This document shows positions 8,796 to 17,436 of a DNA stretch of 21,489 bases, one piece after another. The notes below the pieces were generated by a model. That model was not told where the DNA came from. It saw nothing but the letters and a program-made list of their open reading frames with translations, and made no database searches. The DNA comes from an uncultured Methanosarcinaceae archaeon (GTDB lineage Archaea > Halobacteriota > Methanosarcinia > Methanosarcinales > Methanosarcinaceae), in the NCBI GenBank assembly GCA_963721455.1, contig CAVRJG010000034.1:1-21489 (forward strand). Direction: 5' to 3'. Within the stretch, counting starts at the first letter, position 1, and each line of letters opens with the position of its first letter. Made by a program: the position numbers and the translations under genes.

Positions 8796-9065
8796 TTAAA
8801 CCTCCACATTGCTCATAATTATGTATACTCCATTCTTTCTAACCATAGTTTTATTGTTTTTGTGGGCCATGTACACCTTTGAAAACCCTCTAACTGTTGT
8901 CTTTTTTAAGCCCGCGTTTTGTGCGACGTCTGAATACAACATACCTGTCAGCGCTTCGAATGGTCGAAATTTCCTGATTTTATCTTTTGCGGATTCCTTC
9001 AAAGGCAGGTTTTCGAGCTCAACGCCGTTCAACACTTCCTGGTATGCAAGAAGAAGACTACTCAT
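8796..9065 (-). CDS. Hypothetical protein translationally coupled to recombinase (89 aa; may continue by frameshift to 8636)
   Basis: ATG at 9065 overlaps recombinase TGA; an overlapping frame 8809-8636 (MWRFKSAEWTGLTPSSEVSFLLNADNKLRIKQV..) continues downstream. Confidence 0.55.
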   Translation of the reverse strand: MSSLLLAYQEVLNGVELENLPLKESAKDKIRKFRPFEALTGMLYSDVAQNAGLKKTTVRGFSKVYMAHKNNKTMVRKNGVYIIMSNVEV

Positions 9066-9640
9066 ATTAAAATCCCCCATTCTGTAAGTCTCTTCTTAAT
9101 GTCCCGTAGCTCATAGTCTGTAAAGGAAAGGCTCTGGTAGTGCTTTAGAGAGGTCACAGGGTCATGTCCTTGTCTGGAATAAATCTCAATTTCTGGAACT
9201 CCTGTTTTTAGCATCCAGCTTTCAATTGTTTTCCTGGATGTCTTTGTTCCTACTTTTGGGCTTATCTCTGCTTTCTCTGACCACCTGGCAAGATCCTTAT
9301 TCCAACTTGATCTATAAGGTGGTTTCTTACCATCAATAAAATGTGAAAACACGTAAGAGAAAGTTGAAGGCAATTTATCAATAGTCCTTTTAGGGAGCTT
9401 TTGCTTTTCCTTTTTCTGTGCTTCCTTAGGCAGTATTATCTGATTTCTTTCTTTGTAGTACCATTGAGGATTTTCATAGAGTCTTTGAAGCTCGATGTAT
9501 CGAAGGCCTGTTATTGTGTTAATCTCAAAAATAGCTTTCATTGATTCAGGAATGGCATTTATAAACCTATTATATTCCTCTACAGTTAGGACCTTGGTTC
9601 CATCTGCAGTAACTAATCCATTTTCCATGAAGAAGATCAT
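9062..9640 (-). CDS. Minimal tyrosine recombinase/integrase (catalytic domain only)
   Basis: TGLRYIEL (Arg I), KTSRKT (variant HxxR), QGHDPVTSLKHY (His and catalytic Tyr); ~190 aa, no N-terminal core-binding domain. Confidence 0.85.
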   Translation of the reverse strand: MIFFMENGLVTADGTKVLTVEEYNRFINAIPESMKAIFEINTITGLRYIELQRLYENPQWYYKERNQIILPKEAQKKEKQKLPKRTIDKLPSTFSYVFSHFIDGKKPPYRSSWNKDLARWSEKAEISPKVGTKTSRKTIESWMLKTGVPEIEIYSRQGHDPVTSLKHYQSLSFTDYELRDIKKRLTEWGILI

Positions 9641-9684
9641 AGCTACAAAATATTAAAAGGTAGCTGTTTTTAGCTTATATATTA

Positions 9685-9802
9685 TAGGACTTACGCAGTT
9701 GAGCTGAGAAATCAATAGCATTAAACCTTCAACTGTCTAAAATATGAATTCAACCACAACTCCTGTTGTACGTGATTTTGTACTTCAAGTGCGTAAGTCC
9801 TA
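9685..9802 (+). mobile_element. TAGGACTTACGCA-type MITE (118 bp)
   Basis: Perfect 13-bp TIR TAGGACTTACGCA / TGCGTAAGTCCTA (near-perfect to 18 bp), TA on both sides. Confidence 0.85.
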
Positions 9803-9965
9803 TATTAGTTTACTAGCCTAGAAAATTAGCTTAAAATCAAAGAAATGGCTACGTTTTATGTAGAAACGTAGCTATCAGAAAAAAAACAATAACTTACATC
9901 TTATGTTTAGGGTGGCGTGTGTTATACCAAAAGATTAAAATGGTACGCCACCCATATTCAGCATC

Positions 9966-10976
9966 ATGGAACCTTTAAGGTATAAACTTGAATCAGAGAA
10001 GTCCGAGAATAGATCCACTAAGTATTTCCTGGTGCGCTATATTTCATTTAAGGGAAAGAATAGCAGGGTGAGACAATATTTGGGCACCACTGAGCCTACT
10101 TCTGAAGCTCTAGAAAAAGCCATTAGAGACTACGCTTATGACTCTTGAATTGAAAGCTGCTGAGAAGAGTAGCTGATATGGCTTACTCTTATTACACGGT
10201 AGATTATCTTGGTCAATCAGAAATTAAGAAAATAGAGAAGCTTCGATTCCTCCACAATTCATACATTTCATCGCTCAACAAAATAGAGCTTGAAGTCTAT
10301 ACACAGCAGACGAAAATTTGTATATCCATGGCACTACTGCAATAGAAGGAAACACATTGTCATTGCAGGAAACGCACTATCTCTTAAATGAAGAGATTGT
10401 GCCAAAAGAAAAATCTTTGAGAGAAATAAATGAGGTTCAAAATTACAAATATGTAATGGCTTATGTGGAACAGTACAAGGGTAAAGTAAATCTGCAGTTT
10501 ATTCGAAAATTGCACTCTTTGATAATGAATAATATTGACATGCGTTTCGAGAGTCCGGGAACTTTCAGACGGCACAACCTTGTCTATATAGGTGGTTGTG
10601 ATCTAAGCGTTACGCTTGCTAATATGATTGAGGTCGATTTGAAGGATCTAATTAACGAGCTATTATGATGCCATTAAGAATAAAAAGCATCCTTTCGAGC
10701 AGGCTATATTGTTTCATTACAAGTTTGAATTGATCCGTCCCTTTTCTGATGGTAATGGAAGAACTGGACGTGAAGTTTTGAATTATCTTCTGAAAGAAAG
10801 AAGGGTATCCACAACTGATTATCCCAAAAGAATCTAGGGAAGCATATATTTCAGCCCTGACATCAGGCAATAATAATCAAAATGTGAGAATGATAAAGGT
10901 CTTTAGCGATCTAATGCTTGCAGGTTACGCAAAAGAGTTGGCCGACCTTAGAAACATTGTTGTCCCTGTAAAATGA
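9966..10976 (+). pseudogene. Fic family protein, multiply frameshifted
   Basis: Pieces 9966-10148, 10318-10668 (IHGTTAIEGNTLS..IRKLHSLIM) and a further frame with [28 protein letters not shown]. Confidence 0.85.
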
Positions 10977-10994
10977 AAAAACTAACTCGACAAC

Positions 10995-11102
10995 AAACCT
11001 TCACAATTAGGGAAGTTAATCATTCTTATCCCCGGGAAAATGGCACACAAATGTAAAAATTATAGTATCAAAATGCGGAAATATTATTTTTGCAACGGAA
11101 CC
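10995..11102 (-). mobile_element. IS6-type MITE copy 5 (reverse, truncated, one TIR)
   Basis: AAACCTTCACAATTAGGGAAGTTAATCATT ... ATTATTTTTGCAACGGAACC matches A1 interior; about 40 bp with the other TIR missing. Confidence 0.85.
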
Positions 11103-11218
11103 CATTAATCAATTGTTTGGTATAGTTTTATAATGTTGGTACATTTTCCTTGAATATTTTGATTTTTATTCATTACTTATAGATTTACATATTTTTTTGA
11201 ATTTTTTGCAACGGAACC
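11103..11218 (-). mobile_element. IS6-type element end, subtype B
   Basis: Ends TTTTTTGCAACGGAACC; reverse complement aligns with 16718-16832 (TCAAAATATTCAA..ATTATA(A/G)AACTAT..CCAAA(C/T)AATTGATTAAT). Confidence 0.75.
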
Positions 11219-11344
11219 CAATTTTTAAAACTAAATTTCGAAAAGCAAACGATATCTTTATCTTCCAAACATTGTAACATTCATTTTAGTTTACTATTGA
11301 TAACGGACAACCGAAAATTTCATGGTAGAGAAAGAGGTTATTGC

Positions 11345-11950
11345 ATGACTGAATTTCTACGATTTTACCTTGCAGGGGTTAACTTAGCAGGGGTTAACCT
11401 TTCGGGGTTTAACCTTGTGGAAGCAAACTTGAAAGGGGCAAACTTGAAAGGAGCTAATCTTAAAAGGGCTAATCTTAAGGGAGCTAACCTTAAACTGGCC
11501 AACCTTACAGGGGTTAATTTTGAAGAAGCTAACTTTGAAGAGGCTAACCTTGAATGTGCTGATTTTAGAGGAGCTAACCTTGAGAGAGTTAACCTTAAAC
11601 TGGCCAATCTTATAGGGGCTCACTTTGAAGAAGCTCACCTTGAAGAGGCTAACTTTGAATGTGCTCGTTCTGTAGGGACTCACCTTGAAGGGACTCACCT
11701 TGAAGAGGCTAACCTTAAATGTGCTGATTTTAGAGAGGCTAACCTTGAATGTGCTGATTTTAGAGGAGCTAACCTTGAGGGAGCTGACCTTTACAGGGCT
11801 AATCTTAAAGAGGCTAACCTTGAAGGAACTCATTATTTAACAGTTGACCAGCTATCTATGGTGAAAACGCTTTATAATGCAAAATTAGACAAAAAGCTTC
11901 TCAACTCACTTAAAGATAAATATCCTCACCTTTTTAAAAAAACGTTCTAG
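11345..11950 (+). CDS. Pentapeptide repeat protein (possibly 5'-truncated)
   Basis: Long run of A(N/D)L/Fxx repeats; C-terminus LTVDQLSMVKTLYNAKLD..KYPHLF typical of Methanosarcina members. Start uncertain (11297 TTG or 11345 ATG). Confidence 0.9.
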   Translation: MTEFLRFYLAGVNLAGVNLSGFNLVEANLKGANLKGANLKRANLKGANLKLANLTGVNFEEANFEEANLECADFRGANLERVNLKLANLIGAHFEEAHLEEANFECARSVGTHLEGTHLEEANLKCADFREANLECADFRGANLEGADLYRANLKEANLEGTHYLTVDQLSMVKTLYNAKLDKKLLNSLKDKYPHLFKKTF

Positions 11951-11975
11951 ATCACTCTCTGAAGACAAAAATATT

Positions 11976-12163
11976 CATTGGTCATCGGTTAAGGAATTTT
12001 CTTGTCCATAGGTATCGATTTCGAAGCAAAAATTAATCCCAAATTTTGAGCACTGAAACTGAAATCGATATCCAATTCTAACTTCACATCAATGAATACT
12101 TTGAAAAACTTTGTGGAAATCGATGTAATTTGTCACGATTCCTCACTTAACCAAAGACGCATG
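11976..12163 (+). mobile_element. IS4-like (CAT-ended) MITE, 188 bp, 10-bp TSD
   Basis: CATTGGTCATCGGTTAAG ... CTTAACCAAAGACGCATG; TSD CAAAAATATT at 11966-11975 and 12164-12173; homologous to 17148-17333. Confidence 0.88.
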
Positions 12164-12302
12164 CAAAAATATTAAGTAACTGCAGAAAGCAATGTTATCT
12201 GATAAAATATTATTATTTTCCAAAATATCTCCTTATTTTCCTGCAGAATATTGGGCCAGAATTCTGTAATCAGTATGCTTATTCGCTGTTTTTTATCTTT
12301 AA

Positions 12303-12321
12303 TAGGACTTACGTGGTTGAG
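12303..12321 (+). mobile_element. Orphan end of TAGGACTTACGCA-type element
   Basis: TAGGACTTACGTGGTTGAG vs TAGGACTTACGCAGTTGAG at 9685; no partner end found. Confidence 0.5.
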
Positions 12322-12455
12322 TATTTTTTACAAATAAAAGACTTACCATTAGTGGAGATAAAAGTGAACTTCTCATCAAGATTTAAGGGAGCTTCAGCCC
12401 GAAACAGGCCAAAGCTCTTTCTCTAGTTTATCTTTCGATCCAAGATTCTTCTTAT

Positions 12456-13781
12456 TTAATTATTTTCTATCCAGCCGTCTATGAGTGCCCACAAATCGGG
12501 AGAATTGTAGTCAAGAGCTATGCTACCGTGACCCTGGTTATTCCAGTTTATGGAAGTAACCCTATTATTTGTCTTTCCGACCTCATTTTCGTACCACCAG
12601 GATCCATAATCACCAAACCCTCCTCCAAGCCCAACGTAAAGTAGTGGAGAATCTATTCTGGAAGAATCAATCTTATAACCTTCTACATTACCCATCAAAC
12701 CAGCCATATACTGATCCATATATTTTGGCGTATTAGGGACAGCACCCCCGGTCAATGTTATATTAAGCAATCGATCGTCGTCAACATAATAGAGGTCGCT
12801 GAGATCCCCGCTCCAATAGTGATAGTCTGGTGTGTAGGGATGTTCACTAAATGCGGATGTCTGGCTTGCCATGAGCCTGAAGAACTGCATATTTGTAAAA
12901 TTTGTAAGTTCTGACTGAAAAGGAGAAACTCCCTCAGGATTTACATAAGCTAGACTGGCTACCCCCATCATATTTCCCATATTACTGCAATTATAGATCC
13001 CATTTTTGATACTTTCAGAAATGGCGTCAAATTCCTCTGCTTGTCCATGTGCAAAACTAAGCATTTCAGGATTTTCAGGATCATAATTGATAATAATATC
13101 AACCGGTACTACCTTGTCAACAGATCCTTTATTCAAATCATCGTACTTGCTCGCCTCATAAGCTGTAAGAAGCAGTGCTCCATGGCTGTGGCCAATTGCC
13201 GTAACATTTATTGCTTTTGCAGGCTGTTCACCAACTAAGAAAGCTGTATGTACTCTTGATGCAACGATACCGTTATAAGTGTCCTTCAAATATTCGTCAA
13301 CAGTCCAGTCTTCCATGAAACTAAAATCAGTTTCAGTTGATGGTATATTTGTTTCTCTTCTATCCAGTATATATGCGCTATATCCCTGTTGAGCATAGTA
13401 TATTGCCATATCAGAATAGAACTTTTCAGTTAGACCCTGACCTGGCATAATTACAAGATTTTTATTTACGCTTGTTTCCCAGGGATTTGTCTCCTGCACA
13501 TAGTTAGTAAGGATAATATTGTCATATTCTCCAGATCCAACTTTCACCTTAATTTTATACTTTGTCACATTTCCTGAAACAAGACCTATTCGGCTACTTC
13601 CTATTAAAGGCGAATATGATTTTGAGACAGTAAACGAAGAGGGATTATACGAGACCCCCAACTTACCTGGATGGCTATTAATATTAGGCACCTTTAGATC
13701 AGAAGGAATTGCGGCTAAAGTTGGAGAACAAACTAATAACAGAATCAGGAAAGCAACTATTAATTTTACTTGTATTTTCAC
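12456..13781 (-). CDS. Secreted alpha/beta-hydrolase fold protein
   Basis: Signal peptide MKIQVKLIVAFLILLLVCSPTLAA; LVIMPGQG, GYSAYILDRR, nucleophile elbow GHSHG, C-terminal QGHG. Confidence 0.8.
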   Translation of the reverse strand: MKIQVKLIVAFLILLLVCSPTLAAIPSDLKVPNINSHPGKLGVSYNPSSFTVSKSYSPLIGSSRIGLVSGNVTKYKIKVKVGSGEYDNIILTNYVQETNPWETSVNKNLVIMPGQGLTEKFYSDMAIYYAQQGYSAYILDRRETNIPSTETDFSFMEDWTVDEYLKDTYNGIVASRVHTAFLVGEQPAKAINVTAIGHSHGALLLTAYEASKYDDLNKGSVDKVVPVDIIINYDPENPEMLSFAHGQAEEFDAISESIKNGIYNCSNMGNMMGVASLAYVNPEGVSPFQSELTNFTNMQFFRLMASQTSAFSEHPYTPDYHYWSGDLSDLYYVDDDRLLNITLTGGAVPNTPKYMDQYMAGLMGNVEGYKIDSSRIDSPLLYVGLGGGFGDYGSWWYENEVGKTNNRVTSINWNNQGHGSIALDYNSPDLWALIDGWIENN

Positions 13782-14319
13782 ATTCTCACCTTTACAACGC
13801 CTTAAATAAAGTATAAACTTGAGAATTTACATTTTTAAAGCAAGGTCCTCTACCTTACTTTGACATTGAATAGCGGTAGCGCTAAAATGGTAGAAAATAA
13901 GCCTATGTGGTAAAAACAGACAGTTTATAGAAGGTTCATATGAAACCTTTTCACCCATCGGGAATTAGAAGAAATTCAAAAAATTATTCCAGATAGTATT
14001 CATCTGTCTTGAAAACATTGGCTAAAGCTGAATATATATTTTTCCAATGATAAGAGTTGTGTTTTGAACTCCTACTTTTATTTTATTACAATGTTATGAA
14101 TTCTCAGCGCGAAATCTGATGTTAGCTTTAATACTAAAAACATGAATGTGAGAAGTAAGTAAAATAATTCCCAAGACCAATTTATTTTTAATAACAAGAA
14201 AAAATGTAAAATGTGATAGCACTTTATTAACTATTTGACCGTAAAAATAAAAAATATAATATTATATAAAATTATATAGTTCCCTTATATACAGATAAAT
14301 ATTAATGTATCTGTAAGAG

Positions 14320-14469
14320 GGTTCCGTTGCAAAAATAATATTTCTGCATTTTGACACTATAATTTTCGCCTTTTTGTATCATTTTCTCCCGAATGAAAAT
14401 GATTAAATTTCCTAATTGTGAAGGTTTTTACTGATTTTGCAACAAAGCTAGATTTTTTGCAACGGAACC
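14320..14469 (+). mobile_element. IS6-type MITE copy 6 (150 bp, subtype A1)
   Basis: GGTTCCGTTGCAAAAA ... TTTTTGCAACGGAACC; no TSD. Confidence 0.9.
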
Positions 14470-15405
14470 TCTCCCTACCAATATAACCGTAGAAATTGTT
14501 CGGAAAACACTTGATCAATCTTTGGACTAATTTATTTACTGTTTCTGTGCCCCCAGCTCAGTATATGATTCAGCTTCTGCTTTGAGCATATTTTTTATTA
14601 TTGACTCATCTGAATGAGGGAAAATCCGGCAGAAATCCTGGCAGTATTTTATCCTCTTAACATAAAAAGAGTCATCTTCCAACCCTGCGTTAGCTAATTC
14701 CATTTCAAAATCCTGACACCAATTAAAAATACTTTGTGTTAGAACGGGAATGAATTTATCAGCGTCCGTAACGGATTTTATATGACGGAGGAACAATACT
14801 TATTATCATGTTCCACGCTTTTTCCCACTTTTCCATTCCATCTCTGTAATTCCGGTTTTCAATATCTTCATAGCCTTCTTGCATTAAATCATCAATCATT
14901 TCCATATTGCATTTTTCTGGAATTATTCGGTTCCATAATTCTATTATTGCTAACCAGATAAAATCTTCATCCTGGTCTTGTGCATGAAAATTCTGTGTGT
15001 AATAATGATCTTCTGCTAACTGAATTGCAGAGATATAATTTTGAGCCTGTTTTTTGAAACGTTCTATTTCAAAATCGATATGCATTGATTCCAATTTTTC
15101 AATTATTTCCGAAGTGCTCATCTTTCTTACTTTATTAAGATTCCAGCCTCTTAGAATGAAATCTTTGAAGCTTATATCCTTGTCATCAGAGTATTTTTCA
15201 ATTTCTTTGCCAATTTTTTCCAATTGTTTGGGATTTCCTGTAATTTTTGTTCAAATCTCATAATGGCTAACCGACTAATAACTGGTTCTTCGGATTTCGA
15301 AGTGGTTCTATTTATAGTGGCTACTTTGCTACCTAAACAACAATTTTTATATTTTTTGCCTGAACCACATGGGCACGGATCATTTCTACCAATTTTCTTT
15401 GACAT
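14470..15405 (-). pseudogene. SEC-C motif protein, frameshifted and 3'-clipped at MITE
   Basis: [23 protein letters not shown] then overlapping pieces 15405-15172, 15223-14759, 14796-14536 in different frames. Confidence 0.85.
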
Positions 15406-15629
15406 TCTAATTAGCTATTTTGTTTTTTGCCATTATAATTTTTTCGGTTTGATGGCATAATATTCGCTCGATGCAGCAGTGTGCAGTAAACGATATCAAT
15501 CAGCACTAATAAAAAGTGCCTATGTATTTCTCATAGAATTTTTGCATTTACTGGGACACGTATCGAAGGCAAAAATATACTTGTTTTTGAAAAAGCCTTG
15601 ATAGATAGCGTTTTTAAAAATCTAGTTAC

Positions 15630-15705
15630 ATAGTCTTTGGAATAAAATAAAACTCAAACGCATAGCAGTCATCAGCCGATAGCGATTTTAAAAGACGAGT
15701 AAACA
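15630..15705 (+). repeat. 76-bp diverged direct repeat, copy 1
   Basis: Gap-free alignment with 17013-17088, about 55/76 identical by hand; blocks AAACGCATAGCAG, AGCCGAT, CGAGTAAACA. Confidence 0.7.
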
Positions 15706-15865
15706 AGAGATCACTAGATATAAAGAAAAATATTAGGTTTTAGAACCACATTTATAAAGTGAATTATTGAGGGTAATAAGCTCCAGGCAATTTTTGCTAA
15801 TATTGTGAAATATGTTATGATTTATTATATTTTGTTGTCATCTGTAAGACTTATTTTCCTTGCAG

Positions 15866-15961
15866 TAATTGATCAATTATTTGGGACCTAGTTCTATAAA
15901 TTGATCTTTGTTCATTATCCATAGGTTTACGTGCTTATTCTGAGATTTTTGCAACGGAACC
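15866..15961 (-). mobile_element. IS6-type element end, subtype B (internally deleted)
   Basis: Reverse complement GGTTCCGTTGCAAAAAATCTCAGAATAAGCACGTAAACCTATGGATAATGAACAAAG.. matches 16718 copy. Confidence 0.75.
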
Positions 15962-16084
15962 ATTTTAAGTACCATCTCACATTTAATAAGATAATTTCAC
16001 CGACAAAGTGCTTCCATTTAAAGGAATTTACTGGCATAACATATACTCCTACATTTCTATTATTTCAGTAAATTCCTATCATAA

Positions 16085-16102
16085 TTTTTTTGCAACGGAA
16101 CC
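16085..16102. mobile_element. Orphan IS6-type TIR
   Basis: TTTTTTTGCAACGGAACC, 141 bp after previous end, same orientation; interior unlike A or B. Confidence 0.7.
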
Positions 16103-16171
16103 TAATTATACATAGCCACTCTATTCCCAAAAATGTTATAATTTGCTTAATATTTAAATGGAGGTGTTTTG

Positions 16172-16648
16172 ATGAGAAAGGTTGTAACTTTACTAACTGT
16201 TTTATTGGTGCTTTTAACACCAATAAACACTGTGGCTGCAAAGCCTTGGTTGGAATCCTTAGTAAATGAGTATAATAATGCTGTAGAAGAAGTTTTCTGG
16301 TGGAGTTCCCTTAGGGATTCTATTTCGATAGGAGGAACTATTCAGGATATAGCACTACGGGCAGTTGAAGATTATAGGTCAATTTCTTTAGAAGAAAATA
16401 GAAAATATACGGTAAAAAGGCTATTGATGACATGGTTTTACTTAATAAACTTGCATATCAAGTCAATGCAAGTCCAAAAGTGAAATTGGCATTAAGTGCT
16501 GCTGCTCTATTGAAACACATAAAAGCAAGTTCAAACCTAAAAGCAGCTGAAAAAAGAGCTAAGAAAATACTACCCTTATGATGCTAAACGAATAATTGAT
16601 GGTCTTTCAGGTTATGGTGGCGGCGGAGGATCCTCCGGGACCTGGTAA
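16172..16648 (+). pseudogene. Frameshifted secreted protein with Gly-rich C-terminus (GLSGYGGGGGSSGTW)
   Basis: GGAGGTG RBS, signal peptide MRKVVTLLTVLLVLLTPINTVAA; reading continues in two other frames (AIDDMVLLNKLAYQVN.. and YYPYDAKRIIDGLSGYGGGGGSSGTW*). Confidence 0.6.
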
Positions 16649-16677
16649 AAATACATCGTTGCCTAACAGTTGAAGAG

Positions 16678-16715
16678 AAAAGCCTGTGCATGAATAGATT
16701 ATGACAGGCTTTTTT
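16678..16715 (+). terminator. Hairpin plus T-tract terminator candidate
   Basis: AAAAGCCTGT ... ACAGGCTTTTTT, 30 bp after the stop at 16648. Confidence 0.55.
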
Positions 16716-16717
16716 AA

Positions 16718-16832
16718 GGTTCCGTTGCAAAAAATCTTAGATAAGCATGAAAATTTATGGATAACAAACAAAAGTCAAAATATTCAAAAAGATTTATTCC
16801 TATTATAGAACTATTCCAAATAATTGATTAAT
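16718..16832 (+). mobile_element. IS6-type element end, subtype B
   Basis: GGTTCCGTTGCAAAAAATCTTAGATAAGC..; no matching right TIR seen. Confidence 0.75.
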
Positions 16833-17012
16833 ATATTTAGCTTCATTAAGAACAGAGTAATTTAAATTATTAATTTGTCTTTTGCTTGTGCTTTTTCCAT
16901 TTGATACATATTTCTAAATATCTTCTTATACACTTATCGTGGGGTAATCGATAGATAAAATACCATCACCAATATATCAAGCCTACTGCTAACGGTTTTG
17001 ATAACCCTGTCT

Positions 17013-17088
17013 ATAGTCTATGGAATGACTATTTACCTAAACGCATAGCAGACTTTAGCCGATGACGTTTATTTTAGTCGAGTAAACA
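17013..17088 (+). repeat. 76-bp diverged direct repeat, copy 2
   Basis: Aligns without gaps to 15630-15705. Confidence 0.7.
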
Positions 17089-17147
17089 GAATTAGAGAAA
17101 ATTGAGTTTTTTGTTCATATAATTAATATTATTCTTGTGTAAATATC

Positions 17148-17333
17148 CATTGGTCATCGGTTAAGGATTTTGGGCTGCTGATCTCGATTTCGACGAAAAA
17201 AGTCAAGCCCAAATGTTTAGGGCTTAAATTGAAATCGATATCAGATTCCAGCTTTACATTGATGGAATAATTTAACAAATTTTATGAAAATCGATGCAAT
17301 TGATAACGATTTCTCCTTAACCGATGACCAATG
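17148..17333 (+). mobile_element. IS4-like (CAT-ended) MITE, 186 bp, 10-bp TSD
   Basis: Perfect 20-bp TIR CATTGGTCATCGGTTAAGGA / TCCTTAACCGATGACCAATG; TSD TGTAAATATC at 17138-17147 and 17334-17343. Confidence 0.92.
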
Positions 17334-17436
17334 TGTAAATATCTAATTATATGTTAGTTAATTAGTGTTACTTTTGCTCGTGTTTTTGCGTAAGATTGAT
17401 GTTTTTGATATAAAGGAAAGATTCACTTTAATTCTA

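Noticed and set aside
11365-11833. Repetitive minus-strand ORFs / 15-bp tandem DNA repeat
   Set aside because: Shadow of the pentapeptide-repeat coding sequence.
11948-11950. Pyrrolysine read-through of TAG
   Set aside because: Protein already has the family's usual C-terminus and an in-frame TGA follows within a few codons.
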